Made by a program: the position numbers and the translations under genes. A stretch of 64,000 nt of DNA from Syntrophales bacterium (GTDB lineage: Bacteria > Desulfobacterota > Syntrophia > Syntrophales > UBA2210). The notes under the pieces are model-generated. The model saw only the letters and a program-made list of their open reading frames with translations. It ran no database searches and was not told the DNA's origin. The stretch lies in NCBI GenBank assembly GCA_963662405.2, contig CAXXKT010000001.1:2722542-2786541 (forward strand). Reading direction: 5' to 3'. Below are positions 1-8,556 of the stretch, in pieces (the stretch's first letter is position 1; each line of letters opens with the position of its first letter).

Positions 1-975
1 TGACGCATTCTCAAATCCCCCGCCGAAGATAAAGGGTATCAGCCGGGGTGCCAGCAGAAACATCCCCATGCCGATGGGAAAGGCAAGCATACTGAGATAT
101 CGAAAAGACCTGCTGAAGAGGTCAGTCAGGGCTTCCGTGTCCTTTTTGGAGTAGAGGGCCATGGGGGGGAGGATCGCCGCCACGATCAGGAGGGGGATGT
201 AATGGATGACCTCTATCAAACGGTACGCAGCGTTGTACCACCCCGTTACCTGGTCACCGGCCATGAAGGAGAGCATCACCGTGTCGATACGGTAATAGAC
301 ATACAGGAATGAGATGCTGAGCGCGAAGGGGAGGGAACGCACAAACAGTTTCTTCCATAGCGCGAAGTCGGCTTCCGGTCCGAAAGAGAAATATTTGATG
401 GAAAATATGAAATACAGCGTATACTTGACCAGATTGGAGACGAGAAGGGCCAGGATCAGAAACAGAAGTGATCGCGTGATATAGAGAAAGACGACACCGA
501 CACAGAGGGCGACCGCCCGCTCCGTCATGTCGATCAGGGCGGTCTGATCCATCCTCTCATTGGCCTTGAGGATGTTTTCGAAGACCGAGCCGACACAGAT
601 TATCATGTAAATGATTGCCACCACCACAAAACTGTGGATCACCAGCGTATCATCCTTGATAAACATAAGCAGCGCCACGGCAAGGGTCGCCGAAACGATC
701 CCGATGATCGAGGTCAAAGACAGGATATTGTTGGCATAGGAAGTGGTGATATCTTTGTTTGCCGGGACGTCCTTGATGATGATGTACCCCATGCCGGGAT
801 TACACAGGATGATAATGAGATACCCGTAGGCGAAGATGAAGGAGTATTGTCCGACCCCCACATCTCCCAGTGTCCTCGCGATATACACCATCAGGAGGAA
901 AGAGAATACATTTCCCACGGCGGTTCCCGCAAACAGGGCGAGCGTATTTCTGATTATGTTATTTTTTGATTGCAT
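1..975 (-). CDS. wzx: Wzx-type polysaccharide flippase (MOP/RfbX family), 3' end runs off the window
   Basis: Not in the ORF track. Manual translation from ATG at 975 gives MQSKNNIIRNTLALFAGTAVGNVFSFLLMVYIARTLGDVGVGQYSFIFAY...RIDTVMLSFMAGDQVTGWYNAAYRL..., open to position 1. Multi-TM protein with typical flippase motifs. Confidence 0.88.
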   Translation of the reverse strand, partial: MQSKNNIIRNTLALFAGTAVGNVFSFLLMVYIARTLGDVGVGQYSFIFAYGYLIIILCNPGMGYIIIKDVPANKDITTSYANNILSLTSIIGIVSATLAVALLMFIKDDTLVIHSFVVVAIIYMIICVGSVFENILKANERMDQTALIDMTERAVALCVGVVFLYITRSLLFLILALLVSNLVKYTLYFIFSIKYFSFGPEADFALWKKLFVRSLPFALSISFLYVYYRIDTVMLSFMAGDQVTGWYNAAYRLIEVIHYIPLLIVAAILPPMALYSKKDTEALTDLFSRSFRYLSMLAFPIGMGMFLLAPRLIPFIFGGGFENAS

Positions 976-1096
976 GGGCCTTTGCAGTAAGAAAAAAACA
1001 GGTGATAGCCTCTTAAGAACCCCGCATTACAAGCTGAGAAGCTGATAACCACACGGGTTTCGTGCGGACGGAAATGCCTGTGTTTAATTGTCCTTG

Positions 1097-2065
1097 TTAC
1101 TCTCGAATTCGCCGTCGCCAATCATCCAGGACCGTCCGCAGGGTCTGCTCAAGGGGGATCTGTGCCTCCCAGTGCAGCATGGTCCGCGCCGTTTCCGCGC
1201 TTCCCAGGGTCTCGGGAATCTCGGACGGACGCATGCGCTCGGGGTCGGGCTGGACCGTAACGGCACATCGGGTCTGTCGCAACAACATCTCCAGAAGATC
1301 GGCGATGGGGGTGGATGTGCCGCGACAGAGATTCACCACCAGCCCTGCCGGCAGGGTGTCATTCATCTCCAGCGCCAGGGCGTAAGCCCTGATCACATCA
1401 TCCACATCGAGAAACTCCCGTCTGGCCTCAAGGTTTCCCACCCGCAGGACCGGTTCCTGCAGGCCTGCCTCGATGCGGGCGATCTGTGCGGCAAAGGTGG
1501 AAGCGACGAACTCTTCACCCTGTCCGGCGCCGATGTGGTTGAAAGGGCGCAGGCGAATCACCTTCAGCCCCAGAGCGGCATATTGTCCGGCCATGAGGTC
1601 GGCGGCGGCCTTGCTTGCGGCATAGGGATTCATAGGCTGAAGGAGGGCCGTTTCATCGACAGGCACTCCGGCCTGAAAAGAGTATCCATAGACCTCGGCC
1701 GAACTGATATGGATGATTGTCGCCGACGGGGCCCTCTTTTTCACGGCCTCGAGAAGATGCAAGGTCCCCATGACGTTGATTTCCCAGGTTCGTTCGGGAT
1801 CGGCAAACGAGGTTGGCACATGGGACTGGGCGGCAAGATGGATGACATGGGTGGGACGAAATGCGGCAACCGACTCTTCGACCGCCTCCGCGGAGCAGAT
1901 ATCGATGTTCGTCGGGGACGAAGGCTTACCCGGCTCATAGTCCCAGACAAGAAACCGGGCGGAGGCAAACGATCCCTGCCGCAGGGACCGCAACAACCGG
2001 GGACCGACAAACCCCGTTGCCCCGGTCAGTAAGAGAGAATAAGAAGAGGTCATAGGTGCTTTCAA
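1097..2065 (-). CDS. rmd: GDP-4-keto-6-deoxy-D-mannose reductase (Rmd-like SDR)
   Basis: TGATGFVG, HLAAQSHVPTSF, SSAEVYG, YAASK, RPFNHIGAGQ, GNLEARREFLDV. The pattern fits Rmd rather than Gmd. Confidence 0.75.
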   Translation of the reverse strand: MKAPMTSSYSLLLTGATGFVGPRLLRSLRQGSFASARFLVWDYEPGKPSSPTNIDICSAEAVEESVAAFRPTHVIHLAAQSHVPTSFADPERTWEINVMGTLHLLEAVKKRAPSATIIHISSAEVYGYSFQAGVPVDETALLQPMNPYAASKAAADLMAGQYAALGLKVIRLRPFNHIGAGQGEEFVASTFAAQIARIEAGLQEPVLRVGNLEARREFLDVDDVIRAYALALEMNDTLPAGLVVNLCRGTSTPIADLLEMLLRQTRCAVTVQPDPERMRPSEIPETLGSAETARTMLHWEAQIPLEQTLRTVLDDWRRRIRE

Positions 2066-2193
2066 TTATCTTTAAAAGGGTGACAGACTCCGTTTGGGTA
2101 GCAGTCTCTCGGGAGAAAAAATATTCACCGTCTTTTTCCTCTGAGATGGAATTAGTATTAAATTTTTATAAACAATTGACGATCTCTATTTTA

Positions 2194-2217
2194 CCGGTGC
2201 TCCGGTGCTCCGGTGCA
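2194..2217. repeat. 8-bp tandem repeat (CCGGTGCT)x3 in the divergent intergenic region
   Basis: ccggtgct ccggtgct ccggtgca read directly, followed by an inverted copy cggagca at 2221-2227. Confidence 0.7.
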
Positions 2218-2469
2218 TAACGGAGCATCTATCAAACGGGTCCCGCACAGCAGGAAACCGGAGGGTGCATGCCAAGGCCTCTATGATAACTGATGTTTTA
2301 ATCGCTAAAAAACAACGTATATGTGTGCCATGGCCATGTCAAGAAATAAGTACAGATGTCTCCGAATTCCCGGATCTCTGATAATTCCTTGAAGAAAGAG
2401 GGGGACGATGTATAGAATAACAATGAGAATTAATGCATGCTGTTATGATACGCGGGAGGGAATAGGGGT

Positions 2470-4167
2470 ATGAAGAGAACAGCTGTCGGTTTCCTGTCCG
2501 GGATCCTTTTGTTTGTGGCCCTCTTTCTCGCGTCGCCGCCCGTCTGGGCGGAGGATCTGCATGCCGATGTGACGGAAACGGCAGGGGGCGATCCACCCCC
2601 AGTCTATCCCGTCATGCGGCCGGATCGTGAGACGCTGGAGCGGTGGATAGCGGACTATGAGAAGGCCCCCCGGATCTCAACAAGAACCTTCGGGAGGACC
2701 CTGCCTCCTCCCCGGGGCTCACAGAGCCTTCTCAACCATCTGCAATACACGCCCAGCCAGCGCAATCAGGGGTCATGCGGCGACTGCTGGGTATGGGCCG
2801 GTACCGGCATCATGGGGATCGATCTTTCCGTCAACGAAGGAGTCTTGGACCGGCTGTCCGTGCAGTACATCAACTCCTGCAAAAGCGGCGATTATGCCTG
2901 CTGCGGGGGCAACCTTGCGGATGTGAGAAGTTTTTATACCAGCAATCCCCAGGCCCTCCCCTGGTCCAATTCCAACGCACACTTTGCAGATGCAAGCCGG
3001 GGATGCGGCAGCGGATCATCGACCGTATCCTGCGGCTCTATCGCCACCTCCCCCGCCTATCCCATCGATTCAATGTCGTACTCGACCATCACAACCAGAG
3101 GGGTTTCACAGGCGGCGGCCATCGCCAACATCAAGGCCGTGCTGGACGCGAACAAGGCCGTTTGGTTCGCCTTCTACCTGGCTAACACTCCAGACTGGCA
3201 AGCTTTCTATCATTTTTGGGGCAGTCAGGGAGAAACCGCCCTGTGGGACCCGGACCCGTACTGCGGTCATACCTGGGACGAGGAAGAAGGCGCGGGACAC
3301 GCGGTCCTGTGTGTCGGCTACAATGACGACGACCTTGACTCCGCGAATCATTACTGGGTGATCCTCAACAGCTGGGGGACGGCCAGCGATGGAAGACCCA
3401 ACGGCCTCTTCCGGATGAAGATGGATATCAATTATAGTGGTGTGATTGATTATGGTGGTTACGGTCTCCTTGCGCTCCAGTGGCAAACCTTGAACATCGA
3501 CTGGGGTGACGTGCAGCCGGCGGCGCCCTGCCGGGTCACCTACCGGTACAACGACACCGTTCCCTCCGCATTCGACGACATCAGCTCGACGGGGACCGCA
3601 CTGGGCCTCGGTGACGAGGACTATGCCTCCTTTTCCATCCCCTTCACCTTCCGCTTTTACTGCGATGATTACACATCCGTGACGGTCGGTTCAAACGGCG
3701 CACTCTATTTTGCCGATGACTCCCTGGGATATCAAAACGTCTGTATCCCCGGGACGAATAGCTCCGGTATTTCTTCCTTTATCGCCCCCTTCTGGGATGA
3801 CCTGAACCCATCGTCCGCGGGGGAGGTCTATTATCAGGTGAAGGGGGACGCTCCCGACAGAAGGCTCATCGTTCAGTGGAAAGGGGTGCCGCACTATTCC
3901 AGCGGCGATGGCGCGTCGACCTTCCAGGCGATACTGTACGAAAGGAGTAATGAGATACTCTTTCAGTACCAGGATGTCGACTTCGGAAATGCAGCCTATG
4001 ATGACGGCGCGTCCGCGACCGTGGGAGTCCAGCGGGATGAAACAACAGGGACCGGCTATTCATGCAACGAGGCCGCCCTCAGCGACGGCCTCTCCATTTT
4101 GTTTACCCCCTCGGGCGCCGGATTTCTACCCGGTTCTGTCTATCTGCCGTTATTGCTCGGAAATTGA
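2470..4167 (+). CDS. Secreted papain-like (C1 family) cysteine peptidase with C-terminal beta-rich (NIDO-like) domain
   Basis: Signal peptide (…PPVWA), catalytic motifs QGSCGDCW, GHAVLCVGY, NSWG. C-terminal domain FTFRFY…IAPFWDDL…FQAILY. Ends in GFLPGSVYLPLLLGN. Confidence 0.88.
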   Translation: MKRTAVGFLSGILLFVALFLASPPVWAEDLHADVTETAGGDPPPVYPVMRPDRETLERWIADYEKAPRISTRTFGRTLPPPRGSQSLLNHLQYTPSQRNQGSCGDCWVWAGTGIMGIDLSVNEGVLDRLSVQYINSCKSGDYACCGGNLADVRSFYTSNPQALPWSNSNAHFADASRGCGSGSSTVSCGSIATSPAYPIDSMSYSTITTRGVSQAAAIANIKAVLDANKAVWFAFYLANTPDWQAFYHFWGSQGETALWDPDPYCGHTWDEEEGAGHAVLCVGYNDDDLDSANHYWVILNSWGTASDGRPNGLFRMKMDINYSGVIDYGGYGLLALQWQTLNIDWGDVQPAAPCRVTYRYNDTVPSAFDDISSTGTALGLGDEDYASFSIPFTFRFYCDDYTSVTVGSNGALYFADDSLGYQNVCIPGTNSSGISSFIAPFWDDLNPSSAGEVYYQVKGDAPDRRLIVQWKGVPHYSSGDGASTFQAILYERSNEILFQYQDVDFGNAAYDDGASATVGVQRDETTGTGYSCNEAALSDGLSILFTPSGAGFLPGSVYLPLLLGN

Positions 4168-4245
4168 AGCTCAAAGGGATGGAAGGACTGAATGAAACAT
4201 CATGATTGCGGCGCGAGGGAGGGAATTATGTTGTTGAAATTATTG

Positions 4246-4274
4246 TTGACAAGGTGAGGTAAAAATTGTATCTG
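4246..4274 (+). promoter_or_regulatory. Possible sigma-70 promoter
   Basis: TTGACA-N17-TATCTG upstream of ATG 4311. The -10 is imperfect. Confidence 0.35.
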
Positions 4275-4310
4275 AAAAATCAGTTTTGGCACACATCAAA
4301 GGGATCATCT

Positions 4311-4952
4311 ATGACATATAAATCACTTTTCATCGGCATACTATTCTTATTAGTTGTTTTTGTTCCTTTTTACGCAGGTGCCGTGGATCAGCAGAGGCGC
4401 GCCGTCCACATCGAGGGAACGTCTTTTGAAGACAGCATTATCAGACTCAGCGAAATCTTCGACATAAAAATCATTCTTAAGGACATCAATAATCTTCCCC
4501 ACCACAAGTTCGACCTCGCGCTGAAACAGGCGACAGTGAAAGAGGCCGCGCAGGAAGCCATAGAAAAGGCTGGTCTGCAAAGCCATGTCTTGGTTGTGGA
4601 TGAGCAAGCACATACAGCCCGTATCTGGATTCTACGGGCTGGTACAGCAGACACTATTAGAAGATTACAACCAGAGCACCATATGAGATCAATGACACCT
4701 GAAGAGTTTAAGGCCCTGGAGCGGGTTGATTCAGAAAACTTCAGGGGGATGACTCCAGAGGAATATGGGAGATTGGAACCGGGATCGAAAGAAAATTTCA
4801 GGGGGATGACCCCCGGGGATTTCGCGGGCTTAGAGCCAGCTCAATCAGAAAACTTCAGGAAGATGACTCGGCAAGAGTATGAAAGGATGGAACCGGAATC
4901 GGAGGAAAATCTCAGAGGGATGACGCCTGAGCAGTTTGCTCAGCTACCATAA
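4311..4952 (+). CDS. Exported protein with STN/secretin-N0-like N-terminal domain and five 19-aa C-terminal repeats
   Basis: ATG at 4311 starts a signal peptide (MTYKSLFIGILFLLVVFVPFYAGA). The ORF-track TTG at 4266 lies within the putative promoter. Repeats ENFRGMTPEEYGRLEPGSK etc. The domain call is by pattern resemblance only. Confidence 0.65.
   Translation: MTYKSLFIGILFLLVVFVPFYAGAVDQQRRAVHIEGTSFEDSIIRLSEIFDIKIILKDINNLPHHKFDLALKQATVKEAAQEAIEKAGLQSHVLVVDEQAHTARIWILRAGTADTIRRLQPEHHMRSMTPEEFKALERVDSENFRGMTPEEYGRLEPGSKENFRGMTPGDFAGLEPAQSENFRKMTRQEYERMEPESEENLRGMTPEQFAQLP
4677..4949 (+). repeat. Coding tandem repeat, 57-bp period, about 5 degenerate copies
   Basis: GAAAA(C/T)TTCAGG-like units start at 4734, 4791, 4848 and 4905 (spacing 57). 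The first copy is more degenerate (HHMRSMTPEEF). Confidence 0.85.
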
Positions 4953-5042
4953 GCTGAATGTGGGATCATTATTATGCAAAGAAAAAAGAGTCTTACCTTA
5001 AGGCTCGATGTCTATGATGGATTTGATTATAATTAGGAGGAG

Positions 5043-5402
5043 ATGATGATGAAAAAGGTATTGATTGGTTTATTGGCTGTTAGCTTAGTTCTGTGTGCTT
5101 CATCGGTTTTTGCAGGGTGGGCCAACTATACTGTTAAATGTGCCGGCCCGTATGAAAGTTCCAGTTTTCCCTCTGTAGGTCAAATAATGTGCGTTCAGCT
5201 GGAGCCTATTGCTGGAGGAGCGTCAAATTATTATCGTATTAAAGCGGATGTTTCCAACGAACTGCTTGCAGTCGCTCTCACTGCCTTGAGTAGCGGTCTC
5301 CCGGTTCGAGCGAATATAGAACAAAATTATTCAAATGGACATTGGAGCGACTACGAAGTGCTGACGCTGTTTATCTACGATTCAACGGATTCCCTTCCAT
5401 AA
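5043..5402 (+). CDS. Small secreted hypothetical protein
   Basis: Strong SD (AGGAGG), classical signal peptide ending SSVFA, mature domain of about 95 aa with two Cys. Confidence 0.75.
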   Translation: MMMKKVLIGLLAVSLVLCASSVFAGWANYTVKCAGPYESSSFPSVGQIMCVQLEPIAGGASNYYRIKADVSNELLAVALTALSSGLPVRANIEQNYSNGHWSDYEVLTLFIYDSTDSLP

Positions 5403-5543
5403 CATTTGGAAAAATCTTACAACGGCCATCGGGCTTCCTTTTGGTCTCAAGGTTGAGTATCAGTCCTGAGCGAAGATGGCTACGGTAGCACAACCTTGTG
5501 GAATAGATCAGGGATTCCGTGAAATCTTTTACCGAAACAGAAT

Positions 5544-5579
5544 GGTCTGATGCCCAGCCCTATGACCGGGCGTCAGACC
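5544..5579. terminator. Hairpin between convergent genes, possible bidirectional terminator
   Basis: GGTCTGATGCCC…GGGCGTCAGACC, a 12-bp stem with one G-U pair. No long U tract. Confidence 0.5.
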
Positions 5580-5601
5580 GTCCTGTTCAATTCGGGGTCT
5601 C

Positions 5602-5871
5602 TCAGCTCATGCTATCTTGCGTCTGTCCCTTTTTGAACTTGATAACGTAGATATTATAGAGAATCAGCACGATTGTCCCAGCGATTACCAATATTAGACC
5701 TACAGATTTAACACGTACCGCCTCATACAGCAAAAGGATAGAGGCTATGAGCCTCATTACAAAAAAGTTATAAGAAACGATAGATCTCCCTATCTTATGT
5801 GTTTCCCAGGCTTGATAAATCCAAGAAGCCAAAAAAAGGATTCCCCCTGATATTCCTGCTAGCTCGGCCAT
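5602..5871 (-). CDS. Small 3-TM PQ-loop/LAB_N-like membrane protein
   Basis: Three hydrophobic helices. ASWIYQAW…GRSIVSYNFF…ASILLLYEA resembles the lipid-A-biosynthesis N-terminal (LAB_N)/SemiSWEET pattern. Confidence 0.65.
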   Translation of the reverse strand: MAELAGISGGILFLASWIYQAWETHKIGRSIVSYNFFVMRLIASILLLYEAVRVKSVGLILVIAGTIVLILYNIYVIKFKKGQTQDSMS

Positions 5872-5942
5872 AGTTCTTCGTTCCTTCTTCGTAAGTTAAC
5901 TTCAGTTTATTCGGAATTTCAAAAAATGAATGTTTCCCGGTA

Positions 5943-6566
5943 TTATCGTTTTTGCCGACGGTCCTCGCGCGGTGTAGCAATTACAATTATAAAAGGAAAT
6001 ACGATATAACTCCTGCAAACATCCACGTATGGCGCAATACACTGAGTAAATTCACTATATCCCCAATGATTAATATGTTCGGGATGATTGCCGAAAGATC
6101 TAATGTTTCTGCCCCGTAAAAGGTTCATTATCCGAAACCAGGGTTCAAGAGGAACTGTTAAGAGAAGATGTCCTCGGCTTAAACGGGCCAATCGTTTCAA
6201 AAATCGAGACGGATCAACAATATGCTCGAGAACTTCCGATGCTATGACCAAATCAAAACTATTATGCTGTACATTCCAATTAAACAGATCAACCTTTATA
6301 AATTCATACGATGGATACATTGCCCGAACCCTGTTCAGTGCATCTTCCCGAAGATCAATACCCACAAGAGATTTAAATGTAACGCCTCGTTTTTCCAGTT
6401 CCTGCAAGAAATATCCTTCTCCCGTCCCGAAGTCAAGGACGGTGTCGGGCTGAATGTGTTGGATATCTTTGGCCACTTTATCAAAAAACCTGCCAAGGAC
6501 CAATTTTTGAAGCGGATTCCTGTTTTCATACTTTAACCGGTGTGGAGCAGCAGAATTGAGATACAT
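5943..6566 (-). CDS. Class I SAM-dependent methyltransferase
   Basis: VLDFGTGEG, FDLVIASEVLEHI, LLLTVP, HPEHINHW. Confidence 0.88.
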   Translation of the reverse strand: MYLNSAAPHRLKYENRNPLQKLVLGRFFDKVAKDIQHIQPDTVLDFGTGEGYFLQELEKRGVTFKSLVGIDLREDALNRVRAMYPSYEFIKVDLFNWNVQHNSFDLVIASEVLEHIVDPSRFLKRLARLSRGHLLLTVPLEPWFRIMNLLRGRNIRSFGNHPEHINHWGYSEFTQCIAPYVDVCRSYIVFPFIIVIATPREDRRQKR

Positions 6567-6622
6567 ACCTGTTATAAACCTCTCCTTGTTGTTGTGAAGG
6601 CTTTCTAATTAAGGAACCGAGA

Positions 6623-7369
6623 TCAGAACTCTTTCTCAGCAACAACCAAAAGAGTTAATCCAAGCGGGGGCCTGAACCTGTTTTCAAACACGGAAAACCA
6701 GAACCGAAGAAGAAACGATATAGTCCTTTGTGCGAACCCTTTATTTTCTCTTCGAAGAGATTCATTGACCTGTCTTTCCAAAATATTCAGATAAAACCAC
6801 GTCACGGGTACCCCTATAAAATTCCAGTATCTTATGCTCTGTATTCTGCAAGAGCTTGAACTGAAAAGTCTTTGAATCATTTTTTTGTCATATCTTCGGT
6901 AATGGCCAACCTCAATATCCTTTGGGCCATAAAGTGAGGGCATTGCCGGAATTGTCAAGATAAGCCTCCCTCCAGCTTTGAGCATATCTATCAATTCCGA
7001 TAATGCACTTGCATCATCCTCAATATGTTCAATCACATCCAGGCATACGATCTGTCGGAAGGAATTCTGGTTTTGCGCTGAGAAATCGGAGATACTTGCT
7101 TTATAAACCGAATCAGAGCTTAATTTATATTTGGATAACATCGTTCGTCCCAAACGAAGCATCTCATCTGATGTGTCGATTGATATAACCCTAAATCCGT
7201 TTCTTAATAGGAAAAGCGTCAGACCGCAGGCTCCGCATCCCACATCCAGAACGGTGTCGTCTTTATCAAGAATTTGTATAATTAGCTTGTTTAATGCACT
7301 CACTCGAAAATCGTGTTCTTGCGCGGCGCTTATACGCTGCCAGTGATTATATAAACCGTTCTGGTCCAT
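6623..7369 (-). CDS. Class I SAM-dependent methyltransferase
   Basis: VLDVGCGACG, CLDVIEHIEDD, GGRLILTIPA, GHYRRY. Confidence 0.88.
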   Translation of the reverse strand: MDQNGLYNHWQRISAAQEHDFRVSALNKLIIQILDKDDTVLDVGCGACGLTLFLLRNGFRVISIDTSDEMLRLGRTMLSKYKLSSDSVYKASISDFSAQNQNSFRQIVCLDVIEHIEDDASALSELIDMLKAGGRLILTIPAMPSLYGPKDIEVGHYRRYDKKMIQRLFSSSSCRIQSIRYWNFIGVPVTWFYLNILERQVNESLRRENKGFAQRTISFLLRFWFSVFENRFRPPLGLTLLVVAEKEF

Positions 7370-7524
7370 ATCCTATACTTTCAACTCCAATTTTTCTCGT
7401 GTATGTGGACTTTATGAAAATCCTTTGTTCAGAGGCAGGGTATGCTGACCTCTACCTGAAGCCGACCACTTCGCACCGCGTCGTTCGGATTCACTTACTG
7501 TTGATGATTCCTGAGGTGTGAAAC

Positions 7525-8457
7525 TTACTGATTTAAGGTCAATTCTATAAGATCATCCCCGGAATGATTCTGTGTATGGTGAGTCACCATTTCCGCTATC
7601 AAACCTGCTGAAATAATCTGACATCCCATCAAAAGAAGGAGGACTCCGAGCATAAGGAGGGGCCTCTCGCCGATCGACTCACCCATAAGCCATAAGACAG
7701 AAAGATAACTACATATGCCAAATCCGGCCAATGAAAATAACAGTCCAAACCATCCGAAGAAATGCATCGGCCGTTTAAGATATCTCGTGATGAATACTAC
7801 CGTGATAAAGTCAAAAAGCCCGTGGAAAAACCTTTCAATCCCGTACTTTGATTTGCCAAAGGACCTTTCATGATGTTCGATGGGAATCTCTGAGACCTTC
7901 CATCCCGCCGCGTGGGCAACGGCAGGTATGTACCGGTGCAGATCGCCATACAACGAGAGCCCTTTTGCTACGGATTTCCGATATGCCTTGAATCCGCAGT
8001 TATGGTCGTGCAGTTTAAGGCCCGAAAACAAATTAATCATAAAATTGAACAGTCTTGAGGGCAGGTTCTTACTCAGCACCGGATCTTTTCGTTTATGTTT
8101 CCAGCCTGAAATCAAATCATAGCCCTCTTCGAGTTTTGCGAGAAAACGGGGGATCTCTTTGGGGTCATCCTGAAGATCCGCATCCATTGTGAAAATGATA
8201 TCCCCTTCAGCCACGCGAAAGCCTTCATTCAGCGCAATGGATTTACCGAAATTTCTCCGAAGTTTTATGACCCTGACCTTAGGGTCATTTCGCGCCAACT
8301 CGTGCATTATTTCAAAGGATGTATCGGAACTTCCGTCGTCTACGAGTACGATTTCAAAATCGTTTGTTACACCCACCATTTGAGTGCAAATCTCTTCATA
8401 AAGGGCATTTAGGCTTCCCGCTTCATTGAACGTAGGGATAACAAAAGAAATATCCAT
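7525..8457 (-). CDS. GT2 polyprenol-phosphate glycosyltransferase (ArnC/GtrB/DPM-synthase-like)
   Basis: VIPTFNE, VDDGSSD, RNFGKS, MDADLQDDP, HDHNCGFKAY, two C-terminal TM helices. Confidence 0.92.
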   Translation of the reverse strand: MDISFVIPTFNEAGSLNALYEEICTQMVGVTNDFEIVLVDDGSSDTSFEIMHELARNDPKVRVIKLRRNFGKSIALNEGFRVAEGDIIFTMDADLQDDPKEIPRFLAKLEEGYDLISGWKHKRKDPVLSKNLPSRLFNFMINLFSGLKLHDHNCGFKAYRKSVAKGLSLYGDLHRYIPAVAHAAGWKVSEIPIEHHERSFGKSKYGIERFFHGLFDFITVVFITRYLKRPMHFFGWFGLLFSLAGFGICSYLSVLWLMGESIGERPLLMLGVLLLLMGCQIISAGLIAEMVTHHTQNHSGDDLIELTLNQ

Positions 8458-8556
8458 TTTATCTCCTTCACAAGGTACGGTTGGTGTGTTTGTAGCTGCA
8501 GCTATTAGCAGGGTTAAGGGAGCGGCAGTTTTGCAAAAAAAGTGGTTAAATTTTAG

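Noticed and set aside
1088..2032. 314-aa plus-strand ORF
   Set aside because: Antisense shadow of the rmd gene with no recognisable motifs.
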